Positions 50,106-63,689 of a stretch of 64,000 bases of DNA are shown here, one piece after another. The position numbers were made by a program, and so were the translations under genes. The notes under the pieces were generated by a model that ran no database searches, was not told where the DNA came from, and was given only the letters and a program-made list of their open reading frames with translations. The stretch covers positions 234,672,001 through 234,736,000 of the forward strand of contig NC_058368.1 of the NCBI RefSeq assembly GCF_018350175.1, in the 5' to 3' direction. Numbering within the stretch: the first letter of the stretch is position 1; each line of letters starts with the position of its first letter. This stretch comes from Felis catus (Eukaryota).

Positions 50106-52964
50106 GTGTTTACTGGGGCCTCACGGTGCTCTTGGCATCTCTCGGAGCATTGACACAGATTACCTTGTTTCATTATCGTGGTGCCTTCGTGAAGAGAATA
50201 GTCTTGCTGCCCCTTTGTCGGGTGATGAAACAGGGATGCAGAAGTATGAGGTAACTCTCCAGGTCACACACATTCGACATGAGTGCTGTGTGTGCATCCA
50301 GAACCCGCATCGTGTGGTCTTGTCCATCTCTCAGAAAGGAGCTCTGGTCATCACCAAGAAGAGAAACAGGTAGTTGAGGCTGTCCGTGGGGATCCTGCGA
50401 CCCCCCTAATACTCCCTGATGACCTGAGGTGTGAGACTCCTTTGTTCCGAGAGGCTGTAGGGAGATTCTGATGCACTCGTGCTAATGGAGGTGAGTGGAC
50501 CAGGAGCTCCTGTCTTTGGTCTTTTGGGAGCCTCAGGCAGGCCCCACTGAAGTTCCGCCCCATTCCTCCCAGCCAGTTCCCCCCAGATCCCCCCAGCCAG
50601 TTCTTGAGTCTGGCTGCTTCCCCGTGGGTGTGCATTGCCTTTGTAAGTGGTGGGCTCTTATGTAACATCCGGCCTCTCCTTGTGGCCACCTCTGTTTGTT
50701 TCTCTGGGAGCTTCCCTTTCTGTTTTTGCGCAGTGCCCATGGGTTTCTAAAGGGTCAGAGTTCAGCTTTGGTGCAGGAATCCAGGCTTTTGGACCTACCT
50801 GGAAGTGAGTGTACCGTGTGGGGTGTGTAGTGTGAGCTGTGGCTGAAGAGTTCCGCTGGGGCTGGAGCACAGAGAGCTGCAACGTCAGTGGGCAGCTATG
50901 GGCCACTGGGGGCAAGGCCTTCACCCCCATGTTCTTAAGGCTACTTGGTATACTGGAGATGCTCAGCGTCCGCTCGCCCCACAACACGCTGTAAAGATGA
51001 CGTCTCCTGATTAAGGCCCAAGGGGAGGGTCTGTTCCATGTTCCATCCTTGCTTAGATGATGACCTTCTGCCATATCCTGAACCCCTCAGAGCTCATCAT
51101 AAGTTGCCCACTGCCCCCACACACCACCTTCCAGCCTGTAAGCTTTTGAAAGCAGTTTCAATTACAAATGACATCAGATCTAAATCAGGATCTGAGGAGA
51201 GCAGCCTGCTTTTAATCAATCACTCCAGTTGACTGCTTTATGTGCCTACTGGCAAAAAATAGATCCAGTCCATTTAATAAGATTGCCCAGCCAAGGAGAG
51301 AGCCTGACCTGTGAGTTCCTCACTCAGGGGCAGCAGGCACCTGCAGGGTGGCAGGGAGTTCCTGGGGCTTCTCCGTGGGGCTGTTTGTGACCATGGTTTC
51401 TGACTGACACTTCTCGTTTACAAGGTGACCCAAGCACAGAACCTTTTAATTAGCCCACAGATCCGGAGCGCTTTGTGTGGGTGATTGTCAGTTTCTTTGC
51501 CTTCCGCGGCCCTCTGTTGCCAAGGCAACACTCTCCCAACAGTGGATCAGGCTGCGGCAGGGCAGTGGAGAGGCAGGCAGCCCGGTGCCAGCTCCCAGCC
51601 AGATAGTAAATATTCATGATAAGACCGCGAGGTTAAAAACTGCATTGCCGATGAGTTTTATTATTCAGGGTCAGCATTACGCAGTGCTGGGGGTGGGGGG
51701 GGGGGCGTGGAGAAAGGAAGCTTGTTTGTCTGAAGGCTAAAACACAGAAGCAAAAGTACCAAAGTCTCAAAAAAATAACACAGAAAGTGTGAACACTCCT
51801 CAGCTGTTGTGTCTTGACTTGATTAATATCAAATATTTCCATGGAAGTACAAAGAATATGGGATTATCTTTCTTAACAAGTAATATCACTGTAATATTGT
51901 CTTGCCCATGTGTTTGTTTAATAACTGAGTCATAAGGGAATGTGCTTAAGAAGCTGAGATCCAGTCAACATGTAATAAATAGTCTGCTGGCAGTAGGGGC
52001 ATATTCGAGCTGCCCTGGACTCGTGAATATGTTTATCCCTTCCTGTGAGGACATTTTGGGATGAACAAATCTGAGGGTAGATGCTATGTCTATTAAAAAA
52101 CAAATACAACTGCTGATATTCACAGATAATTCTGCAGATATTCTGCAGATAGTTCCAGAAGAGAAGTAATGGGAACCAGTCACAGGCCAACTCAAGTAAG
52201 ATCTTTCTCTCCCTTCTGATCACTTGGGTCTTCGATTCCTGGAGGGCTCTCAGGCTCTGGTTGGTTTCACTGCTGGTTGGCAGGACAAGGCTGGTGCCAA
52301 CGCCTGGTACAGTCTGGGCCACAGGGTGTGAAATTGGGCTTCTTTTCACCTAAAGATTTAGCCCTGTGAAGGGATCATAAATTGCCAGTTGGGTCTTTAG
52401 ATCCTCATAGGAAAGTCATTCCATAGGAACGGGACTGCTTCAAGATAGAGGAAAGACTTACCAGATCAATACTTGTAGGAGTATTTCATTAAGTGTTAAA
52501 TAACTATTGTAATTACATCACCTGCAGCTTACTTGATTATTTAATTCAGCCTGTTGAGGAATTAATTACTATTTAATCAGTGCTGTCATTTAGAGGACAG
52601 ACATAATCACCGAGTTTCTGTGCTGGTAATGACACAGTACCATTCTTCCTCTCAATCTGGTGTGGTCTAACAGCTGGAGGCGATATTCCCATCTGCTTGT
52701 TGGATCTTCTGGATCCAGATGAGTGTGGGCTGGGTGTTGACTGAGCACCTACAAGGAGCCACTCAAAAGTGTATCTGCAGGTCACAGGGTGACATTGCCT
52801 GTCCTGGTGCCATTTCTAGGCACTGGATGGAAGGGGCAGGAGCATCTTCAATAGTGAATGTCACAGCTGATACCCGCAGTTGGTCAAGGCTGCAGGAGAC
52901 AGAAAAGCAAAGCCATATTTTAAAATTTCCAGTAGGCCAGTATTGCTTGAAAGGAAAAGCTGAT

Positions 52965-54106
52965 AAATTGTAAAGCATCCGTTCTGTGAAAGAAACTGTC
53001 AAGGGAATGAGAAGGCAAGCCACAAATTAGAAGAAAATATTTGCAAAAGACACATATGATATATCCAAAATACACAAGAACTCGTAATATTGAACAATAA
53101 GAAAATGAACAGCCTGTTAAAAAATGGGCAAAAGACCTGAACAGACACCTCACCAAAGAAGACATACAGATGGCTAATAAACATGTGAAAAGACAGCCCA
53201 CATCATATGTCATCAGGGAAATGTAAACTCAAAGAACAATGAGATACCACTGCACACCTATTAGAATGGCCAAAATCCAGAGCACTGACGACACCAAATG
53301 CTGGCGAGGATGTGGAGCAACAGGAACTCTCACTCTTCGCTGGTGGGAATGCAACATGGTGCAGCCACTTTGGAAGACAGTTTGGCAGTTTCTTACAAAC
53401 TGAACATACTCTTGCCATATGTTCCCGAATTTGTGGTCCTTGGTATCTACCCAAAGAAGCTGAAAATTTATGTCCACACAAAAACCTGCACATAAATGTT
53501 TATAGCAGTTTTATTCATAATTGCCAAAACTTGGAAACAACCAAGATGCCTTCAGTAGGTGAATGGATAAGCAAACTGTGATATATATAGACAATGGAAT
53601 ATTATTCAGTGCTAAAAATAAATGAGCTCTCAAGCCATGAAAAGATGTGGGAGAGCCTTAAGACTCTTCTAAGTGAAAGAAGCTAATCTGAAAAGGTCAC
53701 ATGCTGATTCCAACTCTATGACATTCTGGAAAAAACAAAACTATGAGACGGTAAAATTATTGCCAGGGGTTCGGGGTGGGGGGAACAGGAGAAGCACAGA
53801 AAATGTCTAAGGCAGTGAAACTACCCTGTAAGGTACTATAATGGTGGATATGCATCACTATATATTTCTGAAACCCACAGAGGCACAGCATCAAGAGAGA
53901 ACCACATATAAACTGGGAACCCTGGGTAATAGTGGTGGGTCACTGTTCGTTGTTCCAACAGATGTGGCCGCTCTGGGGCAGGATGTTGATAGTGGGGGAG
54001 TTTATACACATGCGGGGGTAAGGTATGTAGGAACTCCATACTTCCCACACAATTGTTCTGTGAACCTAAAACTGCTCATAAAAATAAGGCTTATTAATTT
54101 AAAAAA
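52965..54106 (+). mobile_element. L1 3' portion (L1MC1/L1MB-like)
   Basis: ORF2 C-terminal relic (ACAATGAGATACCACTGCACACCTATTAGAATGGC, CAGCCACTTTGGAAGACAGTTTGGCAG) and a 3'UTR ending CTGTGAACCTAAAACTGCTC..AAAAATAAGG. Confidence 0.92.
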
Positions 54107-54629
54107 TAACACACGGGAGAAAAGTCATGTCATTGAACAAAATTACAATGGAGACTTCAAGATGACTGAAGAATTGCCCTCTTTAATTGTGTATAGCTAC
54201 ATATTTGTGGCTCCTTGCACAGAGCTGACTAAGGCTTTAACTCATCGTGTAAGATGGATGTATACACAGGTGAGAGCTGACTGGTGCAGCTGGCTTCTTT
54301 TCACTTCTTGCGAGGCAGCTAGAAAAATTCCAACACTGGCTGGGGGCTCTGGCCAGATCATGATGGAGTTTCCAAGTGTTCTTGGGTTCTGTTGGCCAGC
54401 AAGATCTTGAAGAAATATTACCATGGAAGTTTCAAACTCTGAGAAAGGAGAACATCTTTCCACAGCATCTCCAAGCATGTGTCCTTGTGGGTAGTGAATG
54501 GTTTCTCCTGTGAGTGGCACGGGAGGCCCGCATTAAGTCAAGTGGCACCTAGAAAGTGCGAAGGAAGTTTTTATGTGGGAAAAAATTTCAGTTACATTCA
54601 ATATACAGCATCCTCAATTCACCCAATTA

Positions 54630-54850
54630 TAATGGCTACAATTTATTGGGTACCTCAGAATCCCTGTGCCAGGGATATTTTTTTATTACAACCATGTGGG
54701 AAAGTATCACCTTCCCTCTTGTAAATGAGGAAGTGGGGCTCAGAGAGGTTAAGTGACTTTCCCAAGTCCCTAGGTAAAGTGAGGATAAAGTGGGGATTCC
54801 GACTCTATGGGTAACTCCCAAGGCCCGTGTGATTTTCAGCATGCCTCCTG
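54630..54850 (-). mobile_element. MIR
   Basis: AAATGAGGAAGTGGGGCTCAGAGAGGTTAAGTGACTTTCCCAAG. Confidence 0.85.
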
Positions 54851-56293
54851 TAGTTTCCATCCCACTCTGACTCAGCACGGGAAAATTCCAGCCCAGCCAC
54901 TCAGGGTTCTTTAAGCCACCTGGCAGATGTCATTGACCATCTTCCAAAAGGGCTTGCGTTAGCTATTCAAAGACTCTGTGGTGATGACACAAATTGGGAT
55001 AGAGCTGAATGTTGAAGTCAAGGCTCTCTTTCCTTCACCTAAGAGATACTGTGTGTTGCAAGTGGACGTTCTAGCCCTATTTCCTGGCACACCCAACTTG
55101 GTAAACAAATGTCTGATTCAGGACATCCCGGGATTCCTAACAACCCCCACAGCACTTGTCAGCATGCAGAGGATCTCCACTTAGGGTGCTAGAATCTTGG
55201 AACGCACGTCACGCCGGAGATGGGTACGCTCACTATCTCTGTCCCAGAGCAAGAGAGACCAATCACTCAACAGCCCAGTTTATTTTCAGCCACTCCAAGT
55301 GTGAGGAAGTTAGCTCTTCCTTTATGGTCAGCGAAGACTCCCATCCTTGTATGTCCTCTGATCAATGGCTGTTCTGCTTTTATAATCACATAGAATAATG
55401 CTGCTCTCCATTACCTAGCAGTCAGACGGCCATTTGGCCATCGGGTTCAAGACGTTGCTCAGGCTTCCCCGGCTATTTTCTCATGTGCTGAGGTGAACAG
55501 ATAGATCACCATCCCAACTGAGCCTTGAACGAAGAACTCAATTTTGGTGACGATGGATAAGACTAGGTACCCTTTGTGCAAGTTTTCTTGGAGTCCCGTA
55601 ATTTCAACTCACTGTATGGACAAGACAAGCATGGGGAGGGTGGATATATGTACAAGCCAGGCAAATTCAAGGTCATCCTTCAGTCAAGAAGTGGGAGATC
55701 TTATTGCAGCCATCCCCAGCTGGCCCGTCCCCTTGGCCTAGACTCTCCCTAAATTCCGTGCCTGTTTTACTTCTTACTTTGTATCATTGCCCATTGCATC
55801 CCAGTGGGGACCATTACACAATCTCAACCTTGATGGGCCCTAAGCGGACAGGCTGACTTAACTCATGCAGACATTAGCGAGAATGTACAAAATTCTTAGT
55901 CCTCAGTTCACATTTTTAGGGGAATTCAACAAATCAACTGGTGTTCCCACTGTAATTTCAAGGTACAGAAATGCTATGTGTGTATTGTCTCAGGAATTAA
56001 ATCCACCTGCCCCCATCTTCTCTCACTGTGCCCCTTTTATCTCTAAACTGTGAAGAAATGTGAAATAACCGTTCTACTTTACAGAGAATTGATTGGTTTT
56101 TGTAAAATATATTTTTCTTTTTTTTCTCCAAGTACACTCTGGAGGAAAGGTCGGGGGAGGGGGCGGGAATTCCATCGGCATTAGATCCCTCCTTAATACA
56201 GAGTGTGGCTTGATCTGGGAGTTTTTTTGTAAGTACAATGTACTTTTAAAGGTGTCATTCACATTTTTTCCACGGATGACCATCTGGTATTTG

Positions 56294-56556
56294 TTTTTTG
56301 TTTTTTTTTTAAAGAGAAGACAACTTTTTATTTATTTTTTATTTATTTATTTCAACGTTTATTTATTTTTGGGACAGAGAGGAGACAGAGCATGAACGGG
56401 GGAGGGGCAGAGAGAGAGGGAGACACAGAATCGGAAACAGGCTCCAGGCTCCGAGCCATCAGCCCAGAGCCCGACGCGGGGCTCGAACTCACGGACCGCA
56501 AGATCGTGACCTGGCTGAAGTCGGACGCTTAACCGACTGCGCCACCCAGGCGCCCC
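56294..56556 (-). mobile_element. Young felid Can-SINE (SINEC_Fc) with an extra 3' tag
   Basis: Near-consensus and CpG-rich; 16-bp TSD GACCATCTGGTATTTG at 56278-56293 and 56557-56572. Confidence 0.97.
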
Positions 56557-58009
56557 GACCATCTGGTATTTGAATAGCACTTCTTACATGGATGTAGGAA
56601 AAAAGCTTTTTCTTTAAACAGCAAGATAAACAGCTGACTCATTCCTCACTTCTAATTGTAATTCGAAATACTGTGTTTGTAGCACCTGATATCTTTTTGT
56701 TACTGCTTTAACTCTAAGATGAATGGGGCTGCTGCCTTTGTACCCTTGAAGCCTGATGTCTTAGGAGGTCTGGATTCCAGAGTAGATGACAGATAGGTGG
56801 AGACGCACATAAACGCACGTCATAAGTGCGCTGGAAAAGATCGTAACAGGTGCGCAGTTTGTGGTGTTGCTTAAATGCAATCTAATTTCAAGATTCACAT
56901 ACTGGTATTTTCTAAAAAAGTTCAGAGGAAGAAAAGAGGCTTGCTGCACTGAGAACTGCAGAATGCATAAATTAGCAGGGGAACTACACAGGCAGGATCA
57001 TTCCAAATGTATGATAATCTATATTTCAGCATTTATGGTCGCCTGGTATAAATGAGGGGTAATTTCATTTCTGCCGTCCCTGCAGGAAAGCCGGACATGT
57101 TGTGGCGTCTTCATTTGAAATGTGCAGGCTGTGTTCAACGGGACTTTTTACCCTAGATTTGTTAACCTATCGTGATGACAATCTATAATGCAGACGGAGT
57201 TTTGGGTTTTGTAGCTGGGCACAGGGTGCAATGAGATCGAGCGTACATTTTCTTGGCACGGAGCATGAATTATGATTTCTCTAATGGGCTGCAGCTCCCT
57301 GTAAAATACTTCCTATTTATTGAAAGTAAATGTTAAATTGTTAACAGTGTATTTCTCTGCATTTTTCAAATTATTATTTTATGGCAAGAAATTGAAATAT
57401 GGATTGCAGTCATAAGAGCCTTTATACTAAGCATCACTTCAAAATAGTTTGCTGCAGCGAGGCATGAATCAATTAATGCATGCACCTGGCAATCCCAAAG
57501 CCCCAAATTGCGGACAACCTGTTGGCTATAGCCTTTGACTTGGGCCACTAGCCCAAGACCTATTTGCTGAACTTGGCTGGGGGGGTGGGCTGTGAACCCA
57601 CATAGTGGCCACGTCCTATGTAAATGCAGTTGAACTCTGCATGGCAGCTGATAGAGGTGGGTGAGTATGTATGTGTGTGCATGTGCTATGTATGACAAGC
57701 CTGTGACTCATGTTTAATTTGACTCTGCAGTTTCCATGGCATCCTGTGATGCTTTTGTTTCTCTCTATGGAGATGAGCTACATTTGCTGCTGTCACTACT
57801 TTGAACCCTAACATCCAAGCTGCACAGACACGCACCCATGTGTGAGAAGGGGGGTTTTGGTGAACCACACTGAAACTAGGAAAAAGGAGAGTGACAGGAT
57901 TGCGTGGGTAGCCTCAGGGGTGCAACAGAAGTCTAATACTGGAAATAACTGGCTAGGCAACTCCATGCACGTTGCCCATCTAAGTCCATCGAAGCTGAGT
58001 AGAACCTCG

Positions 58010-58133
58010 GATTAGTTTGCTTGGTCACCATAGAAATCACACAGTTGGTGGTTGCTGACTATCCTTGGTGATACTTGGCATCCTTACTTGTGATTGCATC
58101 ACTCGTATTTCTGCCGGAGTCTTCACATGGTGT

Positions 58134-58174
<41 letters not shown>

Positions 58175-58255
58175 AAATTTCCTCCTCCTTCTAGGAATAA
58201 TCATTGAATTAGGGCCTACTCTAATCCACTATGACCTCATCATAACTTGATTATA
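58010..58255 (-). mobile_element. MaLR LTR fragment (MLT1B/C-like) with (TG)n
   Basis: GCATCACTC..TTTCTGCC..GTCTTCACATGG, GTGTCCAAATTTCC, TTAGGGCCTACTCTAATCCACTATGACCTCATC. Confidence 0.7.
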
Positions 58256-59024
58256 GTGACTCCCTCGTCACCATCATTCTGGTCTCTGCTTCTATGAGTT
58301 TGACTATTTTAGATATCTCATATAAGTGGAATCATGCAGTATTTGCCCTTCTTTGACTGGCTTATTTCACTCAGCATGATGTCTTTCAAGCTTATCCATG
58401 TTGCAAATGATAGGATTTCCTTTTTTAAGGCTGAATAATATCCTATTGTGTAGATACTACATTTTCTTTATTGATTCATCTGCCAATGACATTTGGGTTA
58501 TTTCCATATCTTGCTTGTTGTAAGTAATTCTGCAATGACCATGGGAGTGAAGATAGCTCTTTAAGAGTCTGATTTCAGTTCTGTTGGGTCTATGCCCAGA
58601 AGACCAATGGAACAAATAAAGATCCAGAAATAAATGCATGCATATACAGTCAACTGATTTTCAACCAAGGTGCCCAAAATACATAATGGAGGAAGAACAG
58701 TATGTTCAAGAAAGAGTGTTGGGAAAACTAGATATCTAATGTGAAAGAATGAAATGAGATCCCTATATTACTCTATTAAAAAAAACAAACAAAAAACTCC
58801 ACCCCACCTCAAAATGGATTAAAGATGTAAATGAAAGACCTGAAACTAAAACTGTCAAGGAGAAAACATAGGAGAAAAGCTTCACGACACTGGGCTTGGC
58901 AATGACTTCTTGAGTATGACACCAAAAGCACAAGCAATAAAAGAAAAATTAGACAAGTGGAACTATGTTAACCCAAAAAAGCCTCTGCACAGCAAAGGAA
59001 ACAACAGAATAAAAAGGCAACATA
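58256..59024 (-). mobile_element. L1 with inversion: minus-strand 3' piece (58256-58600) abutting a plus-strand ORF2 piece (58601-59024)
   Basis: Left: TATAAGTGGAATCATGCAGTATTTG.. (reverse 3' region). Right: AGACCAATGGAACA..GATCCAGAAATAAAT..CAAAATGGATTAAAGA..TGACACCAAAAGCACAAGCAA (sense ORF2). Confidence 0.8.
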
Positions 59025-59296
59025 CATTAGAATGATGGAATATTAATATTTTCCTTCATCTCTAGGAAGTTTTAAAAGTAAATCTATCTTGGGGTTCCTG
59101 GGTGGCTCAATCGGTTGAGTGTCCAACTCTTGATTTTGGCTCAGGTGAAGATCTCACGGTCATGGGATCGAGCCCAGCATCAGGGGTTTTAATATGGAAA
59201 TATAACTGCTTTGGCATTCTTTTTCTCATGCATTAGAATGATGGAATATTAATATTTTCCTTCATCTCTAGGAAGTTTTAAAAGTAAACCTAACTT

Positions 59297-59474
59297 GGGG
59301 TTCCTGGGTGGCTCAGTCGGTTGAGTGTCCAACTTTTGATTTCGGCTCAGGTGAAGATCTCACAGTCATGGGATCGAGCCCAGCATCAGGTGCCATGCCG
59401 AGAGTGGACCTGCTTGAGATTCTCTCTCTCCCTCTGCCCCTTCCCTGGCTCGCGCTCTTTCTTTAAAAAAAAAA
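59297..59474 (+). mobile_element. Can-SINE (older subfamily); a duplicated 5' half lies at 59091-59184
   Basis: GGGGTTCCTGGGTGGCTCAGTCGGTTGAG..GGGATCGAGCCC..CTGCTTGAGATTCTCTCTC..A-tail. Confidence 0.9.
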
Positions 59475-60417
59475 GGGGGGGGGAAGGCTATTCTTGGTAG
59501 TGCTTTGGTTGTGAAAATTTTGGCCTTGGGTTAATGTTGCCAACCCCAGTTGGAGGTGTGGAAGACTGTGGGCAAAGCAGGAGCCAGGAGAAGGGAGTGA
59601 GAGTGAGTGTGGGGGTGAGAGGGACAGTTTCTCTTGGGCTGATCAGCCTGAGAAGGGAGAAGGGTGGTACCTCTTTGAGCCATCATGGAGCATTATGGGT
59701 CTCTCAACCTGGTGTCCAGTGTAACCACTCCTACTCTGGCTGCAGGAACCATGTGCACTGGGATTTGTAGACTTTCCAATGACTTTGTGTCCCCAGTATG
59801 TCAGTGAGGCACCCAAGCAACAGAGGTCTCAAGATATGTCTCAGATAGGGACAAAGGACATCCTTATGCTAACCAATATGGATTCGTGGCCAATAACCAA
59901 AGAGGTCACCCAAAGCCATGGCCAACCATGGTTTCCTGGAGGCAGAGTGACCAGGAGAGGGAAGGGTCCTGATGTTGACTGGGAAGGGATGTCCTCTGGC
60001 TTAGAGTGAGAAGTAACAAGATTTAAGAGACATTTCAAAAATGTTCTTTCTTAATCTCTTGAGTTTGTGGACTGAGATTAATATCTGCTGTCATTGAATC
60101 AAGACATCCCTTAGCATATCTAACAAAAAGAGCATCAGAGGCTGAGGCTTCCAAAAGAAAATTGAGAGAATTACTTGTATGCCATGAAGATCTATATGCC
60201 TCATTGCAACCTGGATGTATGGATGCATCCAGACTTTGGACATCAGGTCACATGAGAAGCACATCAAGAATTCTCATACTGCTCTGAGCAGACGAGAATT
60301 CATTGACATGAGCTGTGGGTGTGTTTCCTATGTGCACACTTTGCTTGTGGGTCTTGTGGGTCTGGGCACCTTGCATGTGGGTGGGAAGCACCAGTTGTGT
60401 GATGTGATTTGGCACTT

Positions 60418-61089
60418 TTTTAAAAATTAATTTACTTAAATTCTAGTTAACATACTGAATAGTATTGGTTTCCAGGAATAAAACCCAGTGATTCATCACT
60501 TATACATAACACCCAGTGCTCATCCCAAGTGCCCTTCTTAATGCCCGTCACACATCTAGCCCATCCCCCCACCCGCCTCCCCTCCATCAACCTTCAGGTT
60601 GTTCTTGTATTTAAGAGTCTCTTATGGTTTTGTTTCTTAAATTTCACACATGAGCAGAACCATGTGATATTTGTCTTTCTCTGACTGACTTATTTTGCTT
60701 AGCATAATACACTCTAGTTCCATCCACGTTGTTGCAAATGGCAAGATTCCATTCTTTTTCGTTGCCAAATAGTATTCCATTGTTTATATAAACCACATCT
60801 TCTTTACCCATTCATCAGTCAATGAACATTTGGGCTCTTGCCGTAGTTTGGCTGTTGTTGATAGCACTGCTATAAACATTAGGGTGCATGTGCCCCTTTG
60901 AATCAGCATTCCTGTATCCTTTGGATAAATACCTATTCATGCAATTGCTGGCTCATAGGGTAGTTCTATTTTTAATTTTTTGAGGAACCTCCATACTGTT
61001 CTCCAGAGCAGCTGCCCCAGTTTGCACTCCCATCAACAGTGCAAGAGGGTTCCCGTTACTCCACCTCCTCGCCAACATCTGTTGTTTCC
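60418..61089 (-). mobile_element. 5'-truncated feliform/carnivore L1
   Basis: L1 3' terminus (TAGTTAACATAC..GTGATTCATCACTTA..ACACCCAGTGCTCATC) through the ORF2 end; TSD ATTTGGCACTT at 60407-60417 and 61090-61100. Confidence 0.93.
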
Positions 61090-61370
61090 ATTTGGCACTT
61101 ATTCTTACAGACATTAAGACACAAGCACATTTGGACATTATTAAAAATATCTTGATTGGAAGGCACTGTTTAGTTTTTGTTTAACCTTACACGAATGGGG
61201 GCCTCAGGGAGGAAAGCAAGGCTCTTACAGTGTGCAATTTTTCATACACGGATATATTACTGTTTTGCATAGAAATTCTCTTGCTCTACAAAGGCACATA
61301 TACAAATGTAATTTTAAAATGATTTTTTCCCCCACAAAGCACAATTCACATACCATGCAAAATTTAAAGT

Positions 61371-61372
61371 TT

Positions 61373-61440
<68 letters not shown>
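61371..61440. repeat. (TTTC)n tetranucleotide microsatellite, about 17 units
   Basis: Perfect TTTC run. Confidence 0.98.
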
Positions 61441-63689
61441 TTTTCCATCAAGTTCTTTGTTGCCTCACAGCCAGTGTTAGGTCAGGTCAAAACTCTACAC
61501 AAAGCAAGTAATTTCTGAGGTTTTAAACATGAGAAGAAACCACCTGGAAGTCCATATATTTCACCCATAACAATTTTAGTTGATTATTGCAACTAAAGTT
61601 GGGAGCTAAGGGAAGAGAGAAACTCGAGATGGAAAAACTCTTTACTGAGAAATTAGCTGTGGAAGAATCTATCAAGCTGAGTGGTTGGTAGAACTAAAAA
61701 TCAGAGGCCATGCTTCTGTTGGGTTTGCCCAGTAGGGGGCTTTGGCAGGAGGTAAAGGTGAGTTCCTAGTGTCTTCTCTGTGAGATCCCCTACAGCCTGG
61801 CACCTGTTCCCTCCCCTCATCTCTGCAGGCCTGGGCTTGGCAAGACCTGCTTTCCTGAGCCCTGCCTTGTGGTGCTTCTATACCCAACCTTCGTAAATAA
61901 TCCTCGGGTAAAGGGACTCTCCCCAAATGCTTCAGTTTCCAATGCACCATTGATTCCGTGTTGGAACATGACAGAATGGAGCAAATGGAAGAAGTGGGAA
62001 CTCAGTTCTCTGACAAGGGTCTCTAGGATCCGGGTTCCCGCCCACTGCTCCGCACTACCTCGGAAACCTTTCTGGGTTCCAGCCATGGAAACAGGCTTCT
62101 GGCCCTTTCACTGCCTGTGTTGTTTGCTGTGCTATTCCACGGACTTGGAGTTTCTTCTGGGGGGACAATGTAAATGTCACCAAAACAAAACAAAAATAAT
62201 ACTATCCGCAAATTCATATCCCTCGGTACATTTTTATTGGTACTTTAAGACCTAAAGGCTATTAGGTAAGTTGTTTGATGGAAAGCCTAAAACAAGGGAG
62301 TCAACTTTCCAGCTAATTTCTGGGGGAACTTCATGCCAGACATAACGCACCCTCCAGATACAAAATATTCAGACAGGCAACATGCGAGTGGAAAGGCATG
62401 GTGATCATCAGAGTCTTAGCACGGAGACGTTACAAGCACGTACGGAGGAAAGGACTGTATTCGTAAATTAACCGTTGTGTGGATGGCTTTGGAAATGATT
62501 CTGGAGTGGCTGGTAAGAACAGCACAAGGTGTACCCAGCCTGCTCCAGCATCGACAGCTTCTTTAAAGAAATGACTCTTTTCCTCCTTTGGTACCTCCTG
62601 TGTTTTCTACACTCATCAGGTGTTCTCCGCTCTGTCTCATTAAACTAATGACAACCATTAAGAGACAGATGTGACTGTACTAGGTATGGGGAGACAAACA
62701 GAGCTCAGAGGTGAAATGACTCCTTCTGGGGCACAGAGCTGGAAGTGGGTGAGCCACTGTCAAATCTGGGTTTGCTGGGAGGATCTTAGTGTCTCATCTT
62801 CGTATCTTACCCAGACAGAAACAGAAGAAGGTGGGTTCTAGGAGAAATAAGTATTTAAAGAAACCCACTATAAGACGGGTCATGATTATGTTGTTCTGCC
62901 ATGGGCCAGATACCTTCCTGAAACCTAAAAGTGATAAAGAACTGGTAAAAACGTAGTTCCTACAAAAGCTGTTAGGAGCCGGGCGCCCACCACCAGGTGC
63001 TTTAGCAGATGTCGTGACGGAAAAGGGACACTAGAGCTCTCCAGCCATGAATGTGCTCATTTTCTGACCACTTGCTCTTGCATGAGTCAAACGTTCGGAA
63101 ACCAGGGGATGTGTGTTCACGCGCGATGATGTGTGGTGCTTATCCAAAGAAGCAGGAGGTTTGCTTTGCTTTGTACCTTAAAAACAATTGTGTGGGACAA
63201 ATAACTTTATGGAAGAACACTCCATTGTTCCCGAGAAAAATTGGAGGTGCTTACGGGCAGCGCGTTTTCGTAGTTTTAACGGTTTATTGTTCTCCGCTGT
63301 CACCAGCGCATTCTTTCTTATCCATTAGTCCTTTTCACAGGTCTCTCTGTCTTGGTGCCCCTGACAGCCTATGGATGTAAGTACCTATTTCATCTTCCCT
63401 GTAACTGCTTTTGTACGGGCCTAACTGCTGAAGTCTGTGCTTGTATTATCCTTCCTCCCTTTGGCATCAGTATCTCTTCCTGCCCTGGCTTGTTCCCATC
63501 CGACGAAGGCGATACTGTGCCCTTTCTCACCTTAAAGAAACACAGAAGATAAAAGAAAAACCGCCTGAGATTCTGCGTAACCTTCTCCTCTGTCTGGCTT
63601 TGCTTCTCGTTAGAGCAAAAGCCTCCTCCACCTCCTGTAGGGTTTGACCCTCCTCCCGGTGCTCTCACCCTCCTCTTTCCAGCCCCACG

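Noticed and set aside
53841..54410. Longest ORF in the track (189 aa)
   Set aside because: Starts in an L1 3'UTR and runs into flank; no recognisable domain.
59025..59390. CRISPR-like repeat-spacer structure
   Set aside because: Only two 160-bp units of SINE plus flank in mammalian DNA, with no cas genes.
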